A DNA stretch of 60,959 nt from an uncultured Alphaproteobacteria bacterium (lineage in GTDB: Bacteria > Pseudomonadota > Alphaproteobacteria > RF32 > CAG-239): assembly GCA_946629975.1 (NCBI GenBank), contig CAMOYJ010000002.1, positions 1-60,959 of the forward strand, read 5' to 3'. Each line of letters begins with the position of its first letter. Within the stretch, counting starts at the first letter, position 1. Below the pieces are notes generated by a model that did not search any database, was not told the origin of the DNA, and saw nothing but the letters and a program-made list of their open reading frames with translations. The position numbers and the translations under genes are program-made. Below, piece after piece: positions 15,931 through 26,376 of this stretch.

Positions 15931-18198
15931 TTAAGCCTTTCTCAAGTAAGAAGCATAAATCTTTTTGCGTCCGGCTGTGTCGAAATAAACCACACATTTG
16001 TCGCCGTCTTCCACACTCATCAATGTGCCTTTTCCAAAACTCGGGTGATAAACGCGCATCCCTTTATAATTTTGCGTTTTTGGCGCGGCATATTCTTCAT
16101 CCGGTTCATAGGTATAATCATCATAACTCGTTTGCTTCTTTGCATATGAAGTGCGTTTTTGATAACTGCTGTTATACCCCTTGTTGTATCCCTGATATGT
16201 GTTGTTGATAATTTGCAAACAAGGTGAGGGGATCTCATTTAAAAACCTTGAAGGCTGATTGTTTTGCCATTGGCCGAAAACCTTGCGCGAAAAAGAGGTC
16301 AAAATATAAAGTTTTTGTTTGGCTCGTGTTAAGGCCACATAAGCAAGCCTTCTTTCTTCTTGTAAAGCGCTGCTGCCTCCTTCGTTTAAGGCGCGTTCGT
16401 GCGGAAACAATCCTTCTTCCCAACCGGGCAAGAAAACGGCATCAAATTCCAAACCCTTAGCGGCGTGCAAAGTCATGAGCAATACCTTGTTTGTTTCGGT
16501 CGCATTGTCCGATTCGGTAACCAAACTCACATGCTCTAAAAAGTCATCAAGCGTTGGATAATTGTCCACATCGCTCATCACATTGACAAGCTCTTTTAAG
16601 TTTTCGATTCTCCCTTCTGCTTCAACGGAATTTTCTTTTTTAAGCATTTCAAGATAGCCTGATTCGTCTAAAACTTTGTCAGCAAGCTCGTCAAGCCTCA
16701 AATTTTTGGCATCATTTTGCCAATTCTTAAAATGTTTAACAAGCTCAGAAGTTGCGTTCAAAAGTTGCCCCGAAATCAGCCCTTGTTCGCACATTTCATC
16801 CATTGCCTCTAGCATCGGCACATGGTGCTGATAAGCATAATCCCTGAATTTTTGCACACTCTTATCGCCGATTTTTCGTGATGGTTTATTGATAATCCGC
16901 CCCAAAGCCAAATCGTCTGCACTTTGTGCAATCACTCTGAAATAGGCAATCATATCTCTGATTTCCATGCGTTCATAAAACTTTGGTCCACCAATCACTT
17001 GATAGGGGATTGCTTCTGAAATAAACTTTTCTTCAAATTCGCGCATCTGCGCCGCAGTTCTTACCAAAACAGCAATATGGTCATATTCCATATGGTTGCG
17101 ATGCAAATTTTCAATTTCTTGCACAACATAAAGCGCTTCTTCTTCGCCGCTATAAACGCTGATGAGCTTAATTTTTTCATTATCGCACATATTTGCGGGC
17201 GAATTTGTTGCCACTCTCAATGTTTTGCCCAACCGTTCATCGTTGTGTGCAATCAGGTTTGAAGCTGCCTGTAAAATATTTGCCGTTGAACGATAATTTT
17301 GCTCCAAGCGAATAACAACCGCATTTTGAAAGTCTTTTTCAAAGCGCAAAATATTTTCAATTTCCGCTCCGCGCCACGAATAAATGGATTGGTCATCATC
17401 ACCCACACAGCAAATGTTCCTATGCTTTTGGCTGAGCAGCCTCAAGAGCAAATATTGAGTCACATTCGTGTCTTGATATTCGTCAACCATCACATATTTG
17501 AATTGGCTTTGATATTTTTGCAAAACCTCTTCATTTTTTTGCAAAATCTCTAAAGTGAGCAAAATAATATCGCCAAAATCAACAGCGTTAAGTTCTCTTA
17601 ATCGCTCCTGATATTTTTGATAAATCATGATGGTGATGTTGCCTTTGGTATCTTTGGCAACTTTTTCAGGTGTCCACCCTTTGTCCTTCCAAAGTGCAAA
17701 TTTTTCAACAAAACCTGCCGGCGGATATTTCTTGTCATCAACGCCTTCTTTTTCCAAAATCTGCTTGATAAGCCTTTTTTGATCATCTTCATCTAAAATG
17801 GTAAAGTTTGGTTTTAAGCCTGCAAGTTCGGCATGATGTCTTAAAATTTTTACACACATACTGTGAAATGTGCCGAGCCAAACGCTGTCTGCCATAGAGC
17901 CTATCATTTCTTGCACGCGCATTTTCATTTCTTTGGCGGCTTTGTTTGTAAAGGTCACAACAAAGCAGTTCCACGGGTTTGCCAAACCTTGAGATAGAAT
18001 ATAGGCGAGCCTCGTTGTCAAAACGCGCGTTTTGCCTGTGCCCGCACCGGATAAAACCAAAACAGGCCCTTCGGTTGTTTGAACGGCAATTTTCTGCTCT
18101 GGGTTCAAAGCGCTCAAAAAGTCAATTTGAGGCTTTAATGCACTGATGTTGTCAAAATCTTGAACCGTATTATCGTCTAAATCAAATATGTTGCTCAT
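15931..18198 (-). CDS. uvrD: ATP-dependent DNA helicase UvrD/PcrA
   Basis: GAGTGKT, TFTNKAA, DEYQD, GDDDQSIYSWRGA, LEQNYRS, TLHAAKGLEF, EERRLAYVALTRA. Start reassigned to ATG 18198 (MSNIFD). Confidence 0.95.
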   Translation of the reverse strand: MSNIFDLDDNTVQDFDNISALKPQIDFLSALNPEQKIAVQTTEGPVLVLSGAGTGKTRVLTTRLAYILSQGLANPWNCFVVTFTNKAAKEMKMRVQEMIGSMADSVWLGTFHSMCVKILRHHAELAGLKPNFTILDEDDQKRLIKQILEKEGVDDKKYPPAGFVEKFALWKDKGWTPEKVAKDTKGNITIMIYQKYQERLRELNAVDFGDIILLTLEILQKNEEVLQKYQSQFKYVMVDEYQDTNVTQYLLLRLLSQKHRNICCVGDDDQSIYSWRGAEIENILRFEKDFQNAVVIRLEQNYRSTANILQAASNLIAHNDERLGKTLRVATNSPANMCDNEKIKLISVYSGEEEALYVVQEIENLHRNHMEYDHIAVLVRTAAQMREFEEKFISEAIPYQVIGGPKFYERMEIRDMIAYFRVIAQSADDLALGRIINKPSRKIGDKSVQKFRDYAYQHHVPMLEAMDEMCEQGLISGQLLNATSELVKHFKNWQNDAKNLRLDELADKVLDESGYLEMLKKENSVEAEGRIENLKELVNVMSDVDNYPTLDDFLEHVSLVTESDNATETNKVLLMTLHAAKGLEFDAVFLPGWEEGLFPHERALNEGGSSALQEERRLAYVALTRAKQKLYILTSFSRKVFGQWQNNQPSRFLNEIPSPCLQIINNTYQGYNKGYNSSYQKRTSYAKKQTSYDDYTYEPDEEYAAPKTQNYKGMRVYHPSFGKGTLMSVEDGDKCVVYFDTAGRKKIYASYLRKA

Positions 18199-18305
18199 TT
18201 TTTTGATTGCTTCTTGTAATTTTTTTAAAATTTTCCTATATAATAGAGCAGATTGAAAAAAAAGCTGTTTAAATTTTGTGTTGTCAACAGGTGAAAGGTC
18301 AAAAA

Positions 18306-19280
18306 ATGACAGAGTTAAGAGAAAAAATTTTGGATTTGAAAACACATTTACAAAGCGTGATTGTCGGTCAGGATGATCTGATCAAAAAAATGCTCATCAC
18401 ACTTTTGTCTTCGGGTCATGCGCTTTTAGAGGGCGCGCCGGGCTTAGCAAAAACAAAAGCGATTAAAACATTGGCCGATTCCGTGAGTGCAGATTTTAGC
18501 CGTATTCAATTCACACCGGATCTTTTGCCGTCTGATATCACCGGAAGTGACATTTATCTCGCCTCAACGGGTTCTTTTGATTTTAAAAAAGGCCCTGTAT
18601 TTGCAAACTTTGTTTTGGCCGATGAAATCAACCGTGCGCCGGCAAAAGTGCAATCTGCGCTTTTGGAAGCAATGGCAGAAAACCAAGTTACCGTCGGCGG
18701 CAAGGAATATAAATTGCCGGATTTGTTTATGGTGATGGCAACCCAAAACCCGATTGAGCATGAAGGCACATATAATTTGCCGGAAGCTCAGCTTGACCGC
18801 TTTTTGCTTTATATCAAAATTGATCAACCGGACGGGGAGACAGAAAAGAAAATTTTATCGCTTGTCAGGGCAGAAGATATTGAAAAAACAGAGCTTACCA
18901 AAAAAGAAACATACCAAAAAATCACCATAGATGAAATCAAAGCCGCCAAAAAAGAAGTCTTAAAAATTCATACATCAGAAGCAATTGAAAATTATCTTGT
19001 TGCGCTGATTATGGCAACGCGCCACCCCGAAAAATATGATGAAACCTTGAAAGGTGCTGTGCGCTATGGTGCAAGTCCGCGTGCAACAATTGCACTTGAT
19101 AAATGTGCCAAAGTTAATGCGTGGTTAGAAGGTCGTGATTTTGTCACGCCTGAAGATATTCATGCTGTTGTTTATGATGTCTTGCGCCACCGTATCATTT
19201 TGAGCTTTGAAGCGTTAGCAGAAGGTTTGAACTCTGATGATGTCATCTCAAGGCTCTTAAAAGTTGTTCCTCTTCCTTAA
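18306..19280 (+). CDS. moxR: MoxR-family AAA+ ATPase
   Basis: GAPGLAKT, RIQFTPDLLPSDITG, DEINRAPAKVQSALLEAM, ATQNPIE, LPEAQLDRF. Confidence 0.93.
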   Translation: MTELREKILDLKTHLQSVIVGQDDLIKKMLITLLSSGHALLEGAPGLAKTKAIKTLADSVSADFSRIQFTPDLLPSDITGSDIYLASTGSFDFKKGPVFANFVLADEINRAPAKVQSALLEAMAENQVTVGGKEYKLPDLFMVMATQNPIEHEGTYNLPEAQLDRFLLYIKIDQPDGETEKKILSLVRAEDIEKTELTKKETYQKITIDEIKAAKKEVLKIHTSEAIENYLVALIMATRHPEKYDETLKGAVRYGASPRATIALDKCAKVNAWLEGRDFVTPEDIHAVVYDVLRHRIILSFEALAEGLNSDDVISRLLKVVPLP

Positions 19281-19298
19281 AAGAAAGGAGAAAAGTTT

Positions 19299-20240
19299 TT
19301 GCCTTTTCATCATTTGAAATCATTTTTAGATTCGAAAAAAGCGCCTGAAATTTCAGAAGCGCTTGTGCCGAGTTTTAAAACGTTGATGAAAATGAAAAAC
19401 GATGTGCCGTATTTGAAAGATTTTAACTATAAAAAAACAGCGCTTCAATCGGGCGATTCGAAATCTGCTTTTAAGGGCAGAGGCATTGAATTTGAAGAAG
19501 TTCGTGCATACCAATTCGGCGATGATGTACGTGATATTGATTGGCGTGTCACAGCGCGCAAAAATCAGCCCTTCACAAAAGTTTATGTCGAAGAAAAAGA
19601 TCGTGAAGTTTATGTTTGGCTTGACTTATCTCAAAAAATGTATTTTGGCACAAAAGGGGTCTTAAAATCTGTTGCGGCCGCCAAAACGGCAGCGCTCATC
19701 GGCTGGCTGTCGCTTTCGTATAAAGACCGTTTCGGGCTTGCTTTATATACGGGCGCGCAAACATATCTTTTTGATGCCAAGCGCGTTCAAGAACATTTTT
19801 TATCTGTTTTAAAAAAGATAGAAAATGTCAGCAAAGAAGGGCTAAGAACAATCAAAGAAACACAACCTGTTCAAAAATCACTCCAGCTTTTGCAAAAAAA
19901 AGCGCCGAGAAACGCAGTCATTTTTTTGGTCGGCACCTTTTCGTCATTGGCAGACAAAGATTTAAATCTTGTTTCAAGTTTGATGCAAACAAATGAAGTA
20001 TATATGGCAGATATTTATGATTCTTTGGAGGCTTTTTCACCGCCGCCGGGCGAATATTTGGCAGAGTTTGAAAAACAAACAGCCTTGATTGAAAATCATG
20101 ATCCGAAATATGAGCTGACCTATGAATCATATTTTGAAAACAAACGTCGCATTTTAAAAGACTTTTGCCTAAAGCATAACGCTCACTATCGCCCAATCAG
20201 ATCAGATTTGCCGATTTATCAGCAACTACGCCCGATTTAA
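19299..20240 (+). CDS. DUF58 domain protein (MoxR partner)
   Basis: GRGIEFEEVRAYQFGDDVRDIDWRVTAR signature. Confidence 0.9.
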   Translation: MPFHHLKSFLDSKKAPEISEALVPSFKTLMKMKNDVPYLKDFNYKKTALQSGDSKSAFKGRGIEFEEVRAYQFGDDVRDIDWRVTARKNQPFTKVYVEEKDREVYVWLDLSQKMYFGTKGVLKSVAAAKTAALIGWLSLSYKDRFGLALYTGAQTYLFDAKRVQEHFLSVLKKIENVSKEGLRTIKETQPVQKSLQLLQKKAPRNAVIFLVGTFSSLADKDLNLVSSLMQTNEVYMADIYDSLEAFSPPPGEYLAEFEKQTALIENHDPKYELTYESYFENKRRILKDFCLKHNAHYRPIRSDLPIYQQLRPI

Positions 20241-20244
20241 ATTT

Positions 20245-21354
20245 TTACTTTTCTTCTTGATGCAGCAACATTGTTATCGCAAGAAGCATCACAATCACCG
20301 TCGGTGACCAAACGGCCATCACAACGGGGATATATCCGTTAAGTCCGAAAGCATAAATCAGCTGTGATGAAAAATAGACCATAAAACCGGTGACAACGCC
20401 CGTCACAATCATAAACATCACCCCGCCTTGCCTTACGCTCGGGCGCAAAGAAAAGAGCGCCGAAACGAGAACCATGGCCACGAGTAAAAACGGTGATGCC
20501 CAAAGCGACAAATAACGCATTCGGTGTCTTGCGGCAGAAAAGCCGGAAGATTCATAAAAATGAATAGTGTTTGGCAAATCCCAAAAAGAAATAGCATCAG
20601 GATCAACAAAATTTTCTTTAATGCGCTGCATTGTAATTGTTGTTTGATATTCATAAGAAGGTAGCTCTTGTGTTTTTTCACCGGCTTTGAAAATCCGAAC
20701 ACCTCTGAGCTTAAAATTCTTTTTATGGAGTTCGCCGACAAGTCCGTCAATGCGGCGCAAAATTTGGCCCTTTTGATCCATTTCCAAAATTGAAATATCG
20801 CGCATCGAAAGTGTTTTTGCATCTTCTTGGCGGAGCGATTTTGCCTGCACCACCAAAACCTTATCAGGTCCTTCAGCCTCTCTGATCCATAACCCTTTGC
20901 TTGAAAAAAGCATTGCTGTCGGATCGCGCGTAATAAATCGATATTTTAAGGTAGCGTGCATTTCATACATCTTTGCTGAAATCGGATTAAAGAGCGCCAC
21001 ATTAAAAATGCCGACCAAAAATACGGCAATAAGCACCGGTCTTAAAAATCCCCAAGCAGAAACACCTGAGGCTCTGATAATCACATATTCATTGTTTTTG
21101 CTGACCTTCCAAAAAGTGATCATAGCGGCAACCATCATCACAAACGGCAAAATCTTATCAATGGTTTCCGGCAATTTTGTTAAAGCGTATTTGACAACAT
21201 AACTCATTCCCGTATCATCTCGGCCTGAAATACGGCGCAAAGCTTCAATCGAATCAAACATCATAATGATGCCCATAATCGTCAAGAGCACCATAAAAAA
21301 GGTGATAACAATCTGTTTTGATAAATAGCGTCCGAGTATCGAGTTAAATTTCAT
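20245..21354 (-). CDS. lptG: LPS export ABC transporter permease LptG
   Basis: YjgP/Q family 3+3 TM topology, NEYVIIRASGVS, GLWIRE. Confidence 0.85.
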   Translation of the reverse strand: MKFNSILGRYLSKQIVITFFMVLLTIMGIIMMFDSIEALRRISGRDDTGMSYVVKYALTKLPETIDKILPFVMMVAAMITFWKVSKNNEYVIIRASGVSAWGFLRPVLIAVFLVGIFNVALFNPISAKMYEMHATLKYRFITRDPTAMLFSSKGLWIREAEGPDKVLVVQAKSLRQEDAKTLSMRDISILEMDQKGQILRRIDGLVGELHKKNFKLRGVRIFKAGEKTQELPSYEYQTTITMQRIKENFVDPDAISFWDLPNTIHFYESSGFSAARHRMRYLSLWASPFLLVAMVLVSALFSLRPSVRQGGVMFMIVTGVVTGFMVYFSSQLIYAFGLNGYIPVVMAVWSPTVIVMLLAITMLLHQEEK

Positions 21355-21374
21355 ATAAAACTTTCTTTAAAAGG

Positions 21375-22304
21375 TTATTCTTCAAAATAGCGCATTGAAA
21401 GATATCTCTCAATAGCATCGGGGAAGATAACCACAATATTTTTGCCTTTCATCTCATCGCGCTTGGCAGTCTCAATAGCGGCTTTTAAGGCTGCACCTGC
21501 CGAAATACCGATGGCAAGACCCTGAAGTGTTGAGCAAATTTTTGCCCCTTTAAACGCATCTTCATCTTCAATGGTGATAACTTCATTGACAAGGTTTTTA
21601 TCATAAAACGGCGGCACAAAGTTTGCCCCAATCCCCGGGATCTTGTGTGCGCCGGCGCGTCCTTCAGAGAGCATCGGGCTCGATTTCGGCTCAACGGCTA
21701 CAACATATAAATCGGGGTTGCATGTTTTCAAAACTTTTGATGTGCCGGTTAAGGTTCCGGATGTGCCGACACCTGCCACCAAAACGTCTACATTTCCGTT
21801 TAAATCTTCAATGATTTCCGTTGCTGTGGTCAGAGCATGCGCTTCGGGGTTAGCTTCGTTTTCAAATTGATTTAAGATGATCACATCTTTGTTTTTTTCG
21901 GCTAAAATATGCGCTTTGTTGAGTGCACCCTTCATGCCGTCTTCTTTTGGTGTTAAAATGACTTCAGCACCCAAATGCTTCATCATAACAATGCGCTCTT
22001 TGGTCATATTTTCAGGCATAATAATTACAAGCTTATATCCTTTGGCCGCACACATCGCCGCTAATCCGATACCGGTGTTTCCCGAAGTTGCCTCTACAAA
22101 AATTGTGTTTTTATTGATTTTTGTGAACGGCACTTTTTCTAACATATGCTTTGCAATTCTGTCTTTGACGGAAAAAGCAGGGTTAAAACACTCACACTTG
22201 CCAAACAAACGGCCTTTCAGCTTAAACTTTGTTTCAATACGTTTTAAGTGCAATAAAGGCGTATTACCGACAAGCTCGTCAATGCTTTCGTAAACTTTTC
22301 CCAT
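21375..22304 (-). CDS. cysK: cysteine synthase A
   Basis: GNTPL, NPAFSVKDR (PLP lysine), EATSGNTGIGLA, GVGTSGT. Confidence 0.92.
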   Translation of the reverse strand: MGKVYESIDELVGNTPLLHLKRIETKFKLKGRLFGKCECFNPAFSVKDRIAKHMLEKVPFTKINKNTIFVEATSGNTGIGLAAMCAAKGYKLVIIMPENMTKERIVMMKHLGAEVILTPKEDGMKGALNKAHILAEKNKDVIILNQFENEANPEAHALTTATEIIEDLNGNVDVLVAGVGTSGTLTGTSKVLKTCNPDLYVVAVEPKSSPMLSEGRAGAHKIPGIGANFVPPFYDKNLVNEVITIEDEDAFKGAKICSTLQGLAIGISAGAALKAAIETAKRDEMKGKNIVVIFPDAIERYLSMRYFEE

Positions 22305-22324
22305 TGTGCTTTTCCTTTCTTTGC

Positions 22325-22990
22325 TTATTCTTCACCGGCTTCTTTAATCAGCCCTTCCACAAAACTGTTAAGTCCGAGTTGGCGGACGCGCTTCATTCTC
22401 TCGCAAGAGATAATGCGGCGAACTTTTCGGATTGTTTCTTCAAGATTGAGATTGATAATAACATAATCAAATTCATCCCAGTGTTTAATTTTTTCAACAA
22501 TCAAATCCATACGCTTTTCAATTACAGCAGCGCTGTCTGTGCCTCTGCCGATTAAACGACGCTTAACTTCGGCAATTGAGGGTGGTAACAAATAAATTGA
22601 AACAACTTTATCAGGCGCTTTTTCCTTCATTTGCCGCATTCCAACCCAGTCAAGGTCAAACACAACATCTTGACCGACATTGATAAAGCTGTCAACCTCT
22701 GATTTTAAGGTACCGTATCTTGATCCGTATTGTGAGTCCACACATTCATAAAAAGCGTCTTCAGCTCTCAAGGCATCATATTCTTCATTGCTGATGTAAT
22801 AATAATCAACGCCTTCTTCTTCGCCTTCGCGCTTTTGTCTTGTTGTGACTGAAACAGAAAACTTCAAATTCGGATCTTGGCGTAAAATTTCTTTGATAAC
22901 TGTTGTTTTTCCGGTTCCGGACGGCGCTTCAATAATGAACATTGCGCCTTTTCTTGTTTGCCTTAAATGATTGATGATATCTTCTGTCAT
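22325..22990 (-). CDS. gmk: guanylate kinase
   Basis: APSGTGKTT, SVSVTTR, EGVDYYY, YGT. Start moved to ATG 22990. Confidence 0.93.
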   Translation of the reverse strand: MTEDIINHLRQTRKGAMFIIEAPSGTGKTTVIKEILRQDPNLKFSVSVTTRQKREGEEEGVDYYYISNEEYDALRAEDAFYECVDSQYGSRYGTLKSEVDSFINVGQDVVFDLDWVGMRQMKEKAPDKVVSIYLLPPSIAEVKRRLIGRGTDSAAVIEKRMDLIVEKIKHWDEFDYVIINLNLEETIRKVRRIISCERMKRVRQLGLNSFVEGLIKEAGEE

Positions 22991-22994
22991 AAGT

Positions 22995-23897
22995 TTACTC
23001 CATATTTTGTGTTTGTTCTCTGAATTGTTCAATAAGTGCTTTTAAATCCATACCGATTTTAGTCAAATCCAAATCCATTGATTTGGAGCATAAAGTGTTT
23101 GCTTCACGGTTGAGCTCTTGGCATAAAAAGTCAAGTTTTCGTCCGATGTTGCCGCCTTTTTCAAAAATCTCACGCGCTGTTAAAACATGCGCTTTTAAGC
23201 GATCAAGCTCTTCTTTGACATCTGCGCGCATCACATAAAACAAAACTTCTTGTTCCAAGCGCTCCGGTGAAACAGAAGCATCTGCCAGAAAAGTTTTTAT
23301 TTGCTCTAAAATTTTTTCTTTGATTTGAGGCTGAATTTCACCCGCGATTTTTTCGGCTTGTGTGCGTTTTTCATCAATCTCATCTAAAATTTTTAAAAGT
23401 GCAATGCCAATTTTTTGTCCTTCATCACAACGAGCATTTGCAAGCTTTTCTAAAGCTTCTTCAAAGCTTTCAAACAAAGCCCGATGGAGCAAAATTTTGC
23501 TCTCTTCATTTAATACATTGTCGTTTAACTTTAACACCCCGTTTATTTTCAAAAGTTCCGCAGGGGAGGGTTTTTGAAAAACATCTTTATTTTCAAAATA
23601 GATTTTAGCCACTTCGTCTTTTAAGGTATTTAAAAGTTTCGCATCGATTATCACTTGAGAATTTTCCGATTCGCTTTGCATATTGAGTGCAATTGCAAAA
23701 GTGCCGCGCATAAACTTTTGCGTGAGCAGATTTTTAACTTCGCCCTCAATTTCTTCAAATCCGAGTGGTAGTTTGATTTTAACATCTAAACCTTTGGCAT
23801 TCACACTTTTAACTTCCCATGTATACGTATATTTGAGCGTATCTTTTTCAAAAGCCCCGTTAGTGCGTGCAAAACCGGTCATACTTGATATGTTCAA
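22995..23897 (-). CDS. yicC: YicC/YloC family endoribonuclease
   Basis: SMTGFAR, EELDRL, GRKLDFLCQELNREANTLCSK, EQFREQTQNME; upstream of gmk as usual. Confidence 0.92.
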   Translation of the reverse strand: MNISSMTGFARTNGAFEKDTLKYTYTWEVKSVNAKGLDVKIKLPLGFEEIEGEVKNLLTQKFMRGTFAIALNMQSESENSQVIIDAKLLNTLKDEVAKIYFENKDVFQKPSPAELLKINGVLKLNDNVLNEESKILLHRALFESFEEALEKLANARCDEGQKIGIALLKILDEIDEKRTQAEKIAGEIQPQIKEKILEQIKTFLADASVSPERLEQEVLFYVMRADVKEELDRLKAHVLTAREIFEKGGNIGRKLDFLCQELNREANTLCSKSMDLDLTKIGMDLKALIEQFREQTQNME

Positions 23898-23970
23898 AAA
23901 AGTTCTCCTTTTTTAAATTATTTTGCTGTATACTACAAAAAATAGGTTAAAAAATTACTAGGAAAAGAGC

Positions 23971-24732
23971 ATGACATCATTTAAAAACATCTTAATCACG
24001 GGCGCTTCATCAGGCATCGGCGAGGCTTTGTCGCTTTATTATGCCGATCATGGCGCCGAACACCTTTTTTTGAGTGGGCGCAACAAAGAGCGTTTGGAAA
24101 ACGTGGCAGAAAAATGCCGCTACCGCGGCATCAAAGTTGATACAAAAATTTTGGATGTAACCGATAAAGAGGCCATGGAAGCTTTTATCAAAGAGGCTGA
24201 TGAAAAAGCCCCCTTAAACCTTGTTTATGCAAATGCCGGCGTTTCAACGGGGGCGGAAACATGTGAACATGTTTACAACACTTTTAATACCAATATTTTC
24301 GGCGTTTTGAACACCATCACACCGGCCATCGAAATTTTTGAACAAAGAAAAGATGAAAGTAAAAAAGCCGTCGCCATCACAGCCTCAATTGCCGGCTATC
24401 ATGGTTTGCCTGCCTGCCCCTCATACAGTGCCACAAAAGCTTGCGTCAAGGCTTATGGCGAAGCGTTGCGTGAACGTTTGAAAAAAGAGAAAATACAAGT
24501 CAGCGTGATTTGCCCCGGATTCGTCCGTTCGCGCATCACCGATAAAAACACTTGTCCGATGCCGTTTTTTATGGAGGCAAACAAAGCAGCCGAAATCATA
24601 GCAAATCGCGTTGAAAAAAACAGAGGGTTGATTGCCTTTCCGTTTGCAATGAGATTGAGCGTTTATCTGCTCTCAATTTTGCCAAATTGCATCAGCGGTT
24701 TCATATACGGCAAATTGCCTCACAAAGTTTAG
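23971..24732 (+). CDS. short-chain dehydrogenase/reductase
   Basis: ITGASSGIG, NAG, YSATK catalytic motif, CPGFV. Confidence 0.9.
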   Translation: MTSFKNILITGASSGIGEALSLYYADHGAEHLFLSGRNKERLENVAEKCRYRGIKVDTKILDVTDKEAMEAFIKEADEKAPLNLVYANAGVSTGAETCEHVYNTFNTNIFGVLNTITPAIEIFEQRKDESKKAVAITASIAGYHGLPACPSYSATKACVKAYGEALRERLKKEKIQVSVICPGFVRSRITDKNTCPMPFFMEANKAAEIIANRVEKNRGLIAFPFAMRLSVYLLSILPNCISGFIYGKLPHKV

Positions 24733-25250
24733 CCTCTTTTCCTTCTGAGCAAAATATAAAGCGCACCGCTACCGCCGAGTTTTTGAGAGGGGTGGATAAA
24801 TGTTAAAATCATCGCTGAAAGTTCATCGCTTTTGAGCCATGTCGGCACGAGCTGTTTTAAAACTCCCTTAGTTTCAAAAACATCTTGCTCCGGGTGGGGC
24901 AACCCTTTGCCCGTCACAATCAAAACCGCACGCTTGCCTTGATTATATGCGTTGACAACAAATCGTCTGACGGCCCCATAAGCCATATCTGTGGTCATTC
25001 CGTGCAAATCAAGATTTGCTTCCACGCCGAATTCTTCGCGCTTAAAACGACGCATGGTCTGCTTGTCAATATCGGCTGTTGTGCCTAATTCCAAATCATG
25101 CTGAAAACTTTTAAAAGTTCCGACTTCTTCATACATATTTTTTGAACGTATTTTCTTTTTGGGTTTGTCTTGTATCCGGTTTGGCGCATTTATTTTCTGC
25201 ACACCGGCCGTTACTTCTTGCCATAAAATGTCGTCTTCGGTATCAGTCAT
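24729..25250 (-). CDS. Smr/MutS2 C-terminal domain protein
   Basis: LDLHGMT, LIVTGKG, GGSGALYILLR. Confidence 0.9.
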   Translation of the reverse strand: MTDTEDDILWQEVTAGVQKINAPNRIQDKPKKKIRSKNMYEEVGTFKSFQHDLELGTTADIDKQTMRRFKREEFGVEANLDLHGMTTDMAYGAVRRFVVNAYNQGKRAVLIVTGKGLPHPEQDVFETKGVLKQLVPTWLKSDELSAMILTFIHPSQKLGGSGALYILLRRKRG

Positions 25251-26376
25251 TTGGCATCAAAATATAATATTTTCCGCTTGCGTTCATGCGGCCGGCTTCT
25301 GAAAGTGCTTCTTCACCATGCCCCCAAAAATAGTCGCCGCGAACAGCCCCTTTGATAGCTGCCCCGATATCTTGTGCGGCAACCATTTTTTGCAAAGGCT
25401 TGCCCGAAGGCTCAACCGTGTCAAGCCACAACAGGCTCCCGAGCGGCAAAAAGCTTGTATCAACGGCCAAACTGCGCCCGGCTGTCAAAGGCACACCCAT
25501 TGCGCCGATTGGCCCTTTAGCGTCAGATATTTTATGAAAAATAAAACGCGGATTTTCGTTCATGTTCACATCGGCAATTTCAGGGTTGTTTTTGAGCCAA
25601 TTTCTGATTTTATCCATCGAGGCTTCTCCCGGTTTTAAAAGTCCTTTTTTTAAGAGCAATCCGCCGATTCCGACAAACCGATGTCCGTTGTTGTCAGCAT
25701 ATGAAATTCGAACAGATGTTCCGTCATCTAATAAAGCGACAGCCGAGCCTTGAATTTGCATCAAAAAGATATCAACCTTGTCATCGCCCCATAAAATCAC
25801 AGGCGCATTGATACCGCTTTTTTCAATTTGTTCGCGTGTGAGATAAGGAATAAGTTTAGATCCTTCAACGCGTCCCAAAATGCGTTTGTCGGGCAGGCTG
25901 TCATCAAAATCTTTTAGATTGATTTCAATCAAATCTTTCGGCTTGCCGTAGATCGGATATTGATATTTGCCGTGTTTTGTTTTTGAAGCTTTGAGCTCTG
26001 CCTCATAATAAGATGTAAATTTTCCTTGTGCTTGTCCGTTGTAGCTCACAAGATAGGGTGTAAAGTTTGTTTTGAAAAAAGCCTTAAGCACATCGTCGTT
26101 TTTGAGCTTCAACCTTTCAAATTTTTCACAAGCGTATAAATAAGCCTGTGGCTTAATTTTAATTTCGCCTTTTTCTAAAACCGCAGGATTTTTTTTAATC
26201 GATTCGCAGCTTAAATCAAAAGCATTTGAGATTTCACTGATTTTATCATTTTCAAAGCCGTTCAAATCAGAAAAGCTGGCCTGCTTTAAGCCTACGCCGG
26301 TTTCTTGTGTCGCATTTTTTTTAAGCGCACAAGCGGCTGTTAAAAATATCAAAAAAAGTAGTCCGAATTTTTTCAT
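25243..26376 (-). CDS. mltA: membrane-bound lytic murein transglycosylase MltA (lipoprotein)
   Basis: Lipobox LTAAC, TSYYE, FLMQIQGS, SLAVD, AQDIGAAIKGAVRGDYFWG. Start moved to ATG 26376. Confidence 0.92.
   Translation of the reverse strand: MKKFGLLFLIFLTAACALKKNATQETGVGLKQASFSDLNGFENDKISEISNAFDLSCESIKKNPAVLEKGEIKIKPQAYLYACEKFERLKLKNDDVLKAFFKTNFTPYLVSYNGQAQGKFTSYYEAELKASKTKHGKYQYPIYGKPKDLIEINLKDFDDSLPDKRILGRVEGSKLIPYLTREQIEKSGINAPVILWGDDKVDIFLMQIQGSAVALLDDGTSVRISYADNNGHRFVGIGGLLLKKGLLKPGEASMDKIRNWLKNNPEIADVNMNENPRFIFHKISDAKGPIGAMGVPLTAGRSLAVDTSFLPLGSLLWLDTVEPSGKPLQKMVAAQDIGAAIKGAVRGDYFWGHGEEALSEAGRMNASGKYYILMPND

Noticed and set aside
18199-18345. N-terminal extensions in the ORF track for uvrD, mltA, gmk, adk, tyrS and rpoD
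   Set aside because: They overlap neighbours or precede better ATG starts; homologous sequence begins downstream.
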